61,267 nucleotides of DNA from a virus. Taxonomy: Duplodnaviria; Caudoviricetes. Location: the IMG/VR virus record IMGVR_UViG_3300018080_000191, positions 1 to 61,267 of that record. The stretch is one strand, 5' to 3'. A program made the position numbers and the translations under genes. The notes below the pieces were generated by a model. The model saw only the letters and a program-made list of their open reading frames with translations, was not told where the DNA came from and made no database searches. Within the stretch, counting starts at the first letter, position 1, and each line of letters begins with the position of its first letter. Of this stretch, positions 38,301 through 46,121 are shown piece by piece.

Positions 38301-38612
38301 GAGTTATTTGCCCGCGCATTTGAAAGCTACGTTTACGATAAGCTCAGGGAAAAGAACATGAAGAACAGCTATCTTGTTTCTGGTGTGTCGAAAGAGGCTG
38401 CTGCGAATTGGGGGAAAAAGGCCAAGGAGCTCGAGGGCGAGGGTGGGGTGACAAGCATATACCCCCTGGGAGACGAGAGAGAGCGTATTAACGCTGCTAT
38501 GGATGAACTGGTGGAGGCAATCAAGGAACACGAAGTTTTGGCAAAAGCAATTCAGATCCTGGATGCTCAGCTCCTAAAAGCTCCTATCGAAATTTTTGGG
38601 ATTAAGGTGTAA
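35382..38612 (+). CDS. 1076-aa LPD1-type polyvalent protein with zincin motif
   Basis: DVGEKIGGARKD, VEYGNW, LAIAFGARG, AHYEP, SLAHEWGHALD, YWKRPHELFARAFESYV, YP.G.ER. Confidence 0.85.
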   Translation: MQPILFEIADCDDHIGKLKELLKAGGKKDISKLRKEVITNKRGKRQTVYKKIHEDEKKNVFDIIMEFFGFKKKNEVLQQLDSDYKKHDIATKFNLSHDQWTSHYLEYFKHKKRWDAAFAKKKTTEGGGERKKGGEKKTGGGDEKKKGITWNRDVMKFLHELYGKGKPETEKEVGKYKDLVGKKFKISTTMVSGSSMKPEKIDSEIVVEKIDDSGIHYRDAKDVGKPAHEGGSGFMTFNGFNRMVAAGEMMEIKPDVTEKVKELLTTKKERKRKPLSSGEGEKEESKPRGPTEEKKKYLDVGEKIGGARKDIAALMNMYKTEKDKAVSMTDLEAIEESGEAGLLINRERQFGGKKAIVDMMRSVGADSGATYIVWRLASSIEKMPADNPESRKKYVLGIERLLKTVVNWTDVSAAREGLSIIQSELNGYYYTDSELATSKAIDERTSKIKSEINKIWNQIYIPKYKGTGGDWRRKASDIFWKDPDVVKLEKQKDELRKEFLKIRKVAQERSDNDPMSPANLYKALGKSFTELIAPPWRSKRRDTLINNAYKNDDWKWAGGAKETGEEEKERKKKSRERLKWRREVPEEVERVSQAGTKDYESKTLMNDFGLRAVEYGNWMDIESSKIHTQRAGEALADLAYLFGVDKKLISLNGRLAIAFGARGKGKASAHYEPGRKVINITKERGGGSLAHEWGHALDNILSIVAYKEAGQEGGNISFMSDSDYKNKYSHTLGTVQTALDKVNDAIHKGSFVMRKTINLKGSERYQHSTFWKYEERTAIGLYGEPNEKGRLQEIWKEVKTTNDKYKGDNEAHKKPEFYDDLFAHKDLQHPVDRARMREFIEGDILYRSDFAMKHVWELVPGEGIIDWKTVDVGKLGEYLQKKADEYVDTRKSQYDDDYFKRKYLEKDWDRLDKRVAYEFRKESDADYIMSKLYHDGDKKEPITINMKSVRPVGGKSNYFSTASKMGGYWKRPHELFARAFESYVYDKLREKNMKNSYLVSGVSKEAAANWGKKAKELEGEGGVTSIYPLGDERERINAAMDELVEAIKEHEVLAKAIQILDAQLLKAPIEIFGIKV

Positions 38613-38615
38613 GTT

Positions 38616-39758
38616 ATGGATGGAATATCAATGCTTAAATCAAAACTTGAGGAAACTGCTCACAAATCCCCGCCGAAGGAATATCGAGAAGAGGGGGCAG
38701 CAGATCGGGGGGATTATGCAGACCCAAAACGATATAAATACCCTCTCCATACGGAAAAGAATGTTCGGGCTGCAATCAGCTATTTTGCTCAACCCGATAA
38801 TCACGGGATGTATTCTCCAGAAGAGCGAAAAAGTATAGCCAGGAAAATTTTTAACGCAGCCCGGAAGTACAATATTGAAGTAAGTGATGACTGGAAGGAA
38901 AAGTTTAACCTATCCAAGGCGATGGGCCAGGATGGGGAACGAGAGCAAACAGGTGGTACAGGTTTTTGTGTATGCCCGAAGTGTGGACATAGAGCAAAGC
39001 ATGACAGGGGAAAGCCCTGCAATACATTAACCTGCCCCGAGTGTGGTGTTGCACTGACGGGGGAGGGGACCGCTGGAAGTAAACTCAAAAAGAGTAAGGT
39101 AATTAAGACGCGTGTAATTCTTACCCGAGATGGTAAAATGCTTATGAAAAGCCGGACCGGAAAAAAGGAAAATCCTGCAATAACAGTAATAACAAAAATG
39201 GTAAATGAATATGAGATAAACGGTGGAGACCCGGCTGTAGCAATTGAAAGTATTCGGAACGTCGTGAATAGCCATAAGGATCGGCTCCCGAACCTATCAA
39301 AAGTCCTGGAGGATGAATTTGGAAGTAGAACGCTGAAGGCGAAAGATACGTCCAGGTTAATTAAAAAGCAGATTATCAACAAGCAGGGCAAGAAGCAAAC
39401 AGTATACGTGAGGCCCGGGGAAGATCCCCAAAAACAGGTCCAAGGGCAGCAACAACCCGGGGTGCAGCAGGCCAGAAAAGATTCTGATACCGCGAAAGAG
39501 GAGAAGAAAAAGTCAAAACGGGACATGTTTAAAAACGCTATTAAAAATTTGATTGAGACGATGACGCAGGTATTTTCGGGCCAAGGTGGGACAGAGCAGG
39601 CAACGGGCACGGCACAGCAAGCTGGCGAGGATGCGTCAAGGGTTGGCATTGCACAGAGGAAGGAAAAAACTGCGAAAAAACGAGAGAAGCAAGCAGAAAA
39701 GAAAACAGAGAAAAAGTCTGGAAAAGATTATTATACAGGAACCCTGTTTGAATTATGA
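38616..39758 (+). CDS. 380-aa multidomain protein: DUF6582-like, Zn ribbon, basic tag
   Basis: KYPLHTEKNVRAAISYF; CVCPKCG..H..G.PC...CPECG; KDTSRLIKKQIINKQGKKQTVYVRP. Confidence 0.75.
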   Translation: MDGISMLKSKLEETAHKSPPKEYREEGAADRGDYADPKRYKYPLHTEKNVRAAISYFAQPDNHGMYSPEERKSIARKIFNAARKYNIEVSDDWKEKFNLSKAMGQDGEREQTGGTGFCVCPKCGHRAKHDRGKPCNTLTCPECGVALTGEGTAGSKLKKSKVIKTRVILTRDGKMLMKSRTGKKENPAITVITKMVNEYEINGGDPAVAIESIRNVVNSHKDRLPNLSKVLEDEFGSRTLKAKDTSRLIKKQIINKQGKKQTVYVRPGEDPQKQVQGQQQPGVQQARKDSDTAKEEKKKSKRDMFKNAIKNLIETMTQVFSGQGGTEQATGTAQQAGEDASRVGIAQRKEKTAKKREKQAEKKTEKKSGKDYYTGTLFEL

Positions 39759-39979
39759 AAAACGGAATTGAAATAGTAAACGGTAAAATCGTTCTCGATA
39801 AAGTCGAGAAAAAGATAATGTGTCGGCAGTGTCGAAAGATTATTGCACTTAAAAATAGAAACACCCTTTTATATAAGGGGATGGTGGCCCATGTTCAGGA
39901 TTCGGCACTTGTCCGATGTGACAGATGTAAAACATATAATGTGATTCGCTTAAATGACAAAAAAGAGGAAAAAAAGTAG
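39755..39979 (+). CDS. Mu Com-like zinc-ribbon protein
   Basis: CRQCRK...VRCDRCKTYN, located just before the head operon promoter. Confidence 0.6.
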   Translation: MKNGIEIVNGKIVLDKVEKKIMCRQCRKIIALKNRNTLLYKGMVAHVQDSALVRCDRCKTYNVIRLNDKKEEKK

Positions 39980-40028
39980 AAAATCTGCATTTTTTTTATT
40001 TTTGGCACGGGATATCCATTCTCGGGGA

Positions 40029-40057
40029 TTGACAAAAGAGGAACTTTGTGGTAAGAT
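40029..40057 (+). promoter_or_regulatory. sigma70-type promoter of the head/tail operon
   Basis: TTGACA-17 bp-TAAGAT with extended -10 TG. Confidence 0.8.
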
Positions 40058-40126
40058 GTCCTCAAAATAGGGGTAATTGTTAAAAACGCCCCATCTCGCT
40101 GCTTATAGTAAGTGGCATAAGAAATT

Positions 40127-40185
40127 AAAAAGCCACCATAGATATCATGCGTTAGCGTGTGCTCTATCTCTCGGTGGCTTTTTTT
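40127..40185 (+). terminator. long hairpin with T-tract (terminator/attenuator-like)
   Basis: AAAAAGCCACC...GGTGGCTTTTTTT with inner ATAGA/TCTAT and CATGC/GCGTG pairing. Confidence 0.6.
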
Positions 40186-40216
40186 ATGAAATCAATTTAG
40201 CGGAATATTTACCTCA

Positions 40217-41083
40217 ATGAGAATCGTAATCGGTAATTTTCAACTTCAAAAGGCTGATAGGCCTGAGGATGATAAATATGTATACGTCCGGATGATTGCC
40301 AATCGGCTTGATATTGATAAAGAAAACCAGCAGATTTTACCCCAGGCATTTAGTAAGGCAACCATTGAGAATTTTCTGAAAAACGGGATTATCGACTGGC
40401 ATCATCAGAGTGTCCTAGGGAAAACCAGCGAGGAAAGAGCTAAGGCTATCCTGGGGGAACCTTACGATTTCAAGTGGGAAGATGGTTTGCCGGTTGTATA
40501 TGCCAGGTTAACCAAGGGCCATCCTATAGTACGAGACTCTATTCTTCCCCATCTTGATGCTGAGCAGCGGGTATTCAGCGCGAGTGTTGGTGGGTCTATC
40601 AAAAAGATCAAAAAGTTTTTTGATAAGGCGATCAATACGGCGAAAGAGGAAATTTTGGCTATCGATTGGAACCATTTGGCGATAGCTGCCACACCGTATG
40701 TTATTTCTGCTGGGTCCGCGGTGAGTATGGTTAAGGCCCAAAACGATCTGTGCGTTGAGTTTAGCGATGTGTCTGCATTTGAGAGCGAAATAGATATTAT
40801 CACGAAAGAGGGGGAATTGCGTAAGGCCCTCCAGATGGGAGCTGGAACAGATGTATCGAGTTTAGCCGGGGCTGACGCTCTCAGGATGCAAAGCCTGGAG
40901 GGGGATCGGCAATATAACCGATTACGAGATGATGTTATGTTTGCCATTATGGATGGAACAATTACGCCATCTCGGGACAGCGTAATGATGTTTTTAAAGG
41001 CCAAAGGTGTTCCCGAGAGAGAATCAAGGGATTTCCTGTCTCAATTTTTAAAAAGCATACGAAACGCCATTCAAACCATTTAA
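40217..41083 (+). CDS. prohead (capsid maturation) protease
   Basis: DKENQQI, IDWHH, FSASVGG, LAIAATP motifs; precedes scaffold and capsid. Confidence 0.82.
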   Translation: MRIVIGNFQLQKADRPEDDKYVYVRMIANRLDIDKENQQILPQAFSKATIENFLKNGIIDWHHQSVLGKTSEERAKAILGEPYDFKWEDGLPVVYARLTKGHPIVRDSILPHLDAEQRVFSASVGGSIKKIKKFFDKAINTAKEEILAIDWNHLAIAATPYVISAGSAVSMVKAQNDLCVEFSDVSAFESEIDIITKEGELRKALQMGAGTDVSSLAGADALRMQSLEGDRQYNRLRDDVMFAIMDGTITPSRDSVMMFLKAKGVPERESRDFLSQFLKSIRNAIQTI

Positions 41084-41097
41084 GGAGGAAATATATA

Positions 41098-41790
41098 ATG
41101 AAAGGCGATGAAATTAAAGTTCTCTCGGATTTACTTAATCTCGAAAAGCTGTCAAAGGCTGAAGAGGTTAATGATGACGAAGAAAGAGATGATGAGGACG
41201 AGTATAACGAGGAATACATGAAGAAATACATGAAGAAGTTCATGAAGAGCAACCGGGACTATGTTGCCAAGTGTTCTGAGGATCTCGGATTCGTCAAAAA
41301 GGCTATCGATACCGAAGTGGAAAATATCGAAGGTATTGAAGAGGCCGATGCAACACTGGTCGATGGGACAAGTTTTATCAATGCCCTGTCTGACGGTATG
41401 GGTGTACTCGCTAAGGCTGTGGCCGGGATTATCGAAGAGATGGCAGAACTGAGAAGTGAGCTTGAGTATCAAACCGAACTGTCAAAGGCTTCTGGCGGTG
41501 TTCTTGTGAAAGCTGCTGAGGCACTGGATGAGCTCTCATCTGCACCTCTCGAAAGGCGTGGTCACGATTTTGCACCGCAAGACAGGAGTGCTGATGGCGG
41601 TGGTAACGGGTCTGCACTTCGAAAAGCAAAAAACCTTAGCGTAGATGAAATCAAGAGAATGGCCTTAAGGGCTGCCCAGGAAGGTGACAACAGAGCTGCT
41701 TCGCTGGTTACAGATCTGGACTGCTGCAATGGCAATCTCGGGATGTTGAGAAAGGCCTCAATAAATCTGATTGAAGAATTAGCAAGCTAA
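41098..41790 (+). CDS. capsid scaffold protein
   Basis: Acidic helical protein between protease and capsid; seven hydrophobic-x-KA motifs. Confidence 0.7.
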   Translation: MKGDEIKVLSDLLNLEKLSKAEEVNDDEERDDEDEYNEEYMKKYMKKFMKSNRDYVAKCSEDLGFVKKAIDTEVENIEGIEEADATLVDGTSFINALSDGMGVLAKAVAGIIEEMAELRSELEYQTELSKASGGVLVKAAEALDELSSAPLERRGHDFAPQDRSADGGGNGSALRKAKNLSVDEIKRMALRAAQEGDNRAASLVTDLDCCNGNLGMLRKASINLIEELAS

Positions 41791-41812
41791 GAGATAAAGG
41801 GGGAATATTAGG

Positions 41813-43306
41813 ATGGAAATTACAAATCAAAAAGAGTATTGGGAAGGTTTCGGGCAATCGAGCGCAGAAGATGTCCAGAACCTTTTAAAGGCTCTTCAGG
41901 CCCAGGAAGGGATTACGGACGTTGCGAACCTGATTGGCGTAGGAGCCCTCCAGCCTCAAAGCCTGGAAGGAACTCTCGCTCTTCTCACATTTCAGGAAAA
42001 GCACCTTGCCCTGTGGCGAGATATCCCGAAGGGGATGGCTGAAAGCACACTCGAAGAATACTCCGTGCAGCTCGGGTATGGCCAGGATTCGAGTGGCTGG
42101 GTCCAGCAAATGGAATCGGCTCTTGAGTCTGATGCTGAGCTTGCTCGCGAATATGCGATCATGAAGTATCAGCGACAGATGTGGAAATTTTCGGATGTTG
42201 CCGGAATCGTTAAGACCATTAGCCCTGTTGAACGTGTTCAAAAACAGGCTGCTGCTCTCAGGTGTTTGCGAAACATGAACAGAACGCTGTATTCTGGCGA
42301 CTCCAATATGATTTCTGAATCGATTGACGGTTTTGAAAAGACCATTCTGAACAATGGCTCTTCTGATCACGTAATCGATTTGCGTGGTGCTTCGCCTGCT
42401 CAAAAGAATTTTCGAGAAGCTGCAGAGCTGATAACGGCGAATTTTGGTAATGTCGAAGGTGCTGGACTGTATATGTCTCCTGGGGCCCTGACGACTATTA
42501 GCCAGATCATCGAGACTAATCAGCGGTATGCACAGAACCAATTGGGGGCCGATGGAAACCTGAGCCTGGGGCACAGAATCAATGTGATTCATACCGATTT
42601 TGGCTCCATCACGCCTAAGGTCGATATCTTTCTTGCGGGTGAATATGACGGAAGAACCGTTCCCAAGATAGCAAGCCCTTCGAACCCGAAGGTCCTTGTT
42701 GAGGGTGCTACTTCTGAGCGAGCTCCCGGGATGCCGTCAATAGCGGTTACTGCCCAGGGTGCAACGGTATCGGGTTCCTTGTGGAGTGACACCGGTACTC
42801 GTCCGTCTGCCAAGACATACAACTTTCGAGTGGCTGCTGGAAACAGGTTTGGTTTAAGCAAGGCTTGTGCTTCTGCAAATGCGGGTGAGAACGTGGTTGC
42901 AAATGGTTCTCTTACCATCACCATTACCCCGTCTGGGGCAAGCAACTATCCTGCAACCTACTACGAAATTTATTCCGAGCAGGTCGCTGGATCGGGCGTT
43001 TTCCGCTTTCTTGCACGAGTTAAGGATAGTGGTGCCGGAACTACCAGCTATGTGGATCTGAATAAATACATTCCTGGGACTTCGCGGATGTTCTTGCTTG
43101 ACCTTACCTCTCTCGGGGATCTGAGAACCTTCATGCTGAAGAGGCTGGCCCCGATGCACTCGAAAGAGTATGCAAGAATTGGTGAGTTTCGCTGGGGAAG
43201 CGTGAACCTCTATGCTACTCCTCAGTATTACGCACCGTTGCGTTTCGTACTTTTTATCAACGTTCCGGTTGGCGTACAGAGCAAGTCCTCAAGAATTGAC
43301 CTGTAA
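41813..43306 (+). CDS. major capsid protein (SPO1/Twort-like) with Ig/FN3-like insertion
   Basis: LLKALQ...GALQPQSLEGTL, STLEEY; beta-rich insert YNFRVAAGNRFG..YYEIY. Confidence 0.9.
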   Translation: MEITNQKEYWEGFGQSSAEDVQNLLKALQAQEGITDVANLIGVGALQPQSLEGTLALLTFQEKHLALWRDIPKGMAESTLEEYSVQLGYGQDSSGWVQQMESALESDAELAREYAIMKYQRQMWKFSDVAGIVKTISPVERVQKQAAALRCLRNMNRTLYSGDSNMISESIDGFEKTILNNGSSDHVIDLRGASPAQKNFREAAELITANFGNVEGAGLYMSPGALTTISQIIETNQRYAQNQLGADGNLSLGHRINVIHTDFGSITPKVDIFLAGEYDGRTVPKIASPSNPKVLVEGATSERAPGMPSIAVTAQGATVSGSLWSDTGTRPSAKTYNFRVAAGNRFGLSKACASANAGENVVANGSLTITITPSGASNYPATYYEIYSEQVAGSGVFRFLARVKDSGAGTTSYVDLNKYIPGTSRMFLLDLTSLGDLRTFMLKRLAPMHSKEYARIGEFRWGSVNLYATPQYYAPLRFVLFINVPVGVQSKSSRIDL

Positions 43307-43316
43307 GAGGTAGAAA

Positions 43317-43631
43317 ATGGATTTCCAGAACGGATTACCGAGATCGCAAAATAGAATTATTCTTTCTCCCCAGGACATAGCTTCCGCGAGACTGAATAAC
43401 CAATTTGCGGTATATGGCACGGATCCATCGTTTACGGGTGACAATAAAATTGTGTTTTTGGAATATGTGGCGCACGGTGGGAGCCTTGTCATTAAAGACA
43501 AGGACTCCAACGCCGTGTCCGGCACAATAACGGGAACGCTTGATCTGTCGTGTGCTCCCATGAGGCTGGATGGGGGTGTTGTATTGACAGGTTCAGTATT
43601 GATCGCAAAAGGGTTCTTTATTGAAAAGTAA
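43317..43631 (+). CDS. putative virion protein
   Basis: GAGG SD; follows the capsid gene. Confidence 0.6.
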   Translation: MDFQNGLPRSQNRIILSPQDIASARLNNQFAVYGTDPSFTGDNKIVFLEYVAHGGSLVIKDKDSNAVSGTITGTLDLSCAPMRLDGGVVLTGSVLIAKGFFIEK

Positions 43632-43651
43632 TATAAGGGGGAAAGGGATAG

Positions 43652-44080
43652 ATGAATAATCCTAATTTGAATAAAATCATCGAACTGGCTTCTCAACTTG
43701 AGAGCGGGAATGTTCTCAGGGAAAAGATTGTCAAGGGCGTGTACGATTTTTCAGTGCAGGGAGGCGCACAGGGGACATATAGCCTGGGCGTAGAATTGCC
43801 TATACATGCTGTTGTAACACGCAGTTATGTTGACGTTCTTGCAACCGTACTTCCCGATTCTGCTGTTCTTGGGGTCGGCTCTGCTTCTGATGCTGATATA
43901 GTTGCTGCTTCTGCTGCTGGCAGTGTTTTTGAGATTGGGCAATCTGAAGGAGTTCAAACCGGAACTGCTGCAAGCATGCTCAAGATGACGGCCAAAAAAA
44001 CCGTATACGTGAAAATTGCTACGGATGACGTGACGGCTGGAAAGTTTAACGTGTTCATTGAATATCTTAATTCCGAGTAG
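43652..44080 (+). CDS. putative head decoration protein
   Basis: Beta-rich, ends AGKFNVFIEY; position after capsid. Confidence 0.6.
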   Translation: MNNPNLNKIIELASQLESGNVLREKIVKGVYDFSVQGGAQGTYSLGVELPIHAVVTRSYVDVLATVLPDSAVLGVGSASDADIVAASAAGSVFEIGQSEGVQTGTAASMLKMTAKKTVYVKIATDDVTAGKFNVFIEYLNSE

Positions 44081-44086
44081 CAGACA

Positions 44087-44224
44087 ATGGCTAGTTGGGA
44101 TGCGTTAATTCTTATTCATGATGTGGCAGCCAGCAAGATCGCTACAAAGTTTATCTACCAAGCAATTTTCGTAGTGGCTGCCTTTATATTCGGCTTTTTG
44201 GCCGGTAAATGGTATAAGAGATAA
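44087..44224 (+). CDS. 45-aa membrane peptide
   Basis: TM segment AIFVVAAFIFGFLAG; no clear SD. Confidence 0.35.
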   Translation: MASWDALILIHDVAASKIATKFIYQAIFVVAAFIFGFLAGKWYKR

Positions 44225-44313
44225 AGGGGGGTCTCCCCAATCGAACAGTCTCCGGACGGTGGCGTGCCTTACAACAGTAAGGAGTAGAGCGGGGAGACAA
44301 AACAAAATAAGAT

Positions 44314-44679
44314 ATGTCACTGAAAGCAACAATTTCCGGCGAGTTCACAATTGTCAATGAAAGCTCAAATGAAAAGCTTTTAAACCTTTCATTATCGAGC
44401 ATATTTGGCAATGTATCAAGCATAAAAGAACACGTATTTGTAGAGAGGCAAATCAGTAGTGGTGACGGAGCGGTTTCTGTCCATACCGGGGGTATTGGCA
44501 CTATTAAGGGGTTTCTCCTTGTTGTTGAGAGTGGAACCGTAACAGTCAAGCACGACTCAAACAGTACCGGTATCGATATTACCAGCAGTGCCCTGGTCTT
44601 GTTTGGGAAGCTTGCCAGCATAACTATTGAAACCTTATCTGCAACAGACATTAGCGTGAAGTATGTACTTTTCGGATAA
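44314..44679 (+). CDS. putative virion protein
   Basis: Beta-rich, inside the structural operon. Confidence 0.65.
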   Translation: MSLKATISGEFTIVNESSNEKLLNLSLSSIFGNVSSIKEHVFVERQISSGDGAVSVHTGGIGTIKGFLLVVESGTVTVKHDSNSTGIDITSSALVLFGKLASITIETLSATDISVKYVLFG

Positions 44680-44686
44680 TGACAGA

Positions 44687-44716
44687 ACGGGCGTGCTGGT
44701 TTTTCAGCACGCCCGT
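44687..44716. other. perfect 12-bp intergenic hairpin
   Basis: ACGGGCGTGCTG-6 nt-CAGCACGCCCGT; no U-tract on either strand. Confidence 0.65.
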
Positions 44717-44739
44717 AAATCTATGAAAGAGATGTTTCA

Positions 44740-45627
44740 ATGGATGAAAGAAAGGGCTTTGCATTTGACAATCCCGATCTGGAAAATGATAAATATTATA
44801 CCGATTGGGGGTTAGTAGTAACACCTGATGAATTACGATACATTGTGGCGTGGGGGACGAAGCTTGTAGCAACTGATGCAAGCCAAACATTTACTGATAA
44901 TAACTTACAATACTATATTGATAATGCAATTGATATTGTCGAAGCTGATTTACAAATTGATCTTTACCCCCGCGTAGTTCGGTATGAAGATCCAATCGAT
45001 CCGGAAACGGGAGCGAGAACTCCCAGGAGCGGTATTTCAGATGACGTTAACCAGATACGGGAGCTCGGGTATCCTTTTAGGGAAAGGTTGGCCGACCATT
45101 ATTTGTATGTTAAACTAAAAAGAAGGCCTCTCCAAGAAGTCATATCTGCCAAGCTTGTAGATCCAGTACGAAATACGTTGATTGACATTTATCCCTGGAG
45201 GAGGGAGCTTTCTGGGTTAGAAGCTACTGTTCGATTTTTCCCGCAGGTCGGTTCCGGTCTTGTCGGGATACCCTTCATGAGCCAGAACCTGTTACGGTTG
45301 TACTATCCTTTTAAAGATTTCCCAAACGCAATTATGATTGATTATAAAACCGGTTACGAGCGGGCCGATAAAGTTCCGCGTGATCTGGTGGAAGTTGTCA
45401 GAAAGCTGGCAGGTATTATGCTGCTTAATGATTTTGGTGATGGTCGGTCCGCAGCTCTGGCAAGTGCAAGCGCATCATTAAACAGTATATCTGAAAGCTT
45501 TAACACCACCATGAGTGCGACCAATGCAATGTACGGGGCCAGGATATTGCAGTGGCAGAAGGAGTTGAAGCAGTGGTGGCAACGAAATCATAATCGTTAT
45601 CGGCGGTCTATATTTGGTGTGTTATGA
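44740..45627 (+). CDS. head-tail adaptor/neck protein
   Basis: YIDNAI..VE..L.I; DYKTG...VP.DL; SLNSISESF...SATNAMYGARI; position. Confidence 0.75.
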   Translation: MDERKGFAFDNPDLENDKYYTDWGLVVTPDELRYIVAWGTKLVATDASQTFTDNNLQYYIDNAIDIVEADLQIDLYPRVVRYEDPIDPETGARTPRSGISDDVNQIRELGYPFRERLADHYLYVKLKRRPLQEVISAKLVDPVRNTLIDIYPWRRELSGLEATVRFFPQVGSGLVGIPFMSQNLLRLYYPFKDFPNAIMIDYKTGYERADKVPRDLVEVVRKLAGIMLLNDFGDGRSAALASASASLNSISESFNTTMSATNAMYGARILQWQKELKQWWQRNHNRYRRSIFGVL

Positions 45628-46121
45628 TAAAACGTGAAATCGGAGAATTAGGTGGTGATAAATTAACGTATTGCCAGGCCGAATCAATCGACGAGGCCCA
45701 GAGGGAAGGGTTTCCCCAGGGGCTGTATTTTTGCTGGGAGTATAAAGGAGAGCGCATATTTAGTCCCGGTAAGATTATTTCCATGGTTCAAGACAGTGTA
45801 CGCAATGGTGTGTTTGAACCACAAAAACTGATTAACAAGAATGATATTCAGAAAGTCTACAACGAACTGGTGAGCAACCAGAAAAAAAATATCGTTGAGC
45901 AATTAACAAAAATTCTGAAGAGATACGAAAACGAAAATGCCCCTAAAGAGGTTATAGAAGCCATTAAGAACACGATAGAAAGCTACAAAAACCAGGTCTT
46001 TCCCGATCGGGATGGAATTGTGAGGCCAAACAGGAAACAGGCTGAAAGCCTGGCGGGCAGTGAAGAGCAGCTCAAAAGCATTTTTGATTCAAGTATAATA
46101 GAAAGGGAGTTTGGCCGATAA
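45624..46121 (+). CDS. hypothetical protein
   Basis: Coupled gene in the neck region. Confidence 0.65.
   Translation: MIKREIGELGGDKLTYCQAESIDEAQREGFPQGLYFCWEYKGERIFSPGKIISMVQDSVRNGVFEPQKLINKNDIQKVYNELVSNQKKNIVEQLTKILKRYENENAPKEVIEAIKNTIESYKNQVFPDRDGIVRPNRKQAESLAGSEEQLKSIFDSSIIEREFGR

Noticed and set aside
44687-44716. Intrinsic terminator
   Set aside because: Strong stem but no U-tract on either strand; kept only as a hairpin.
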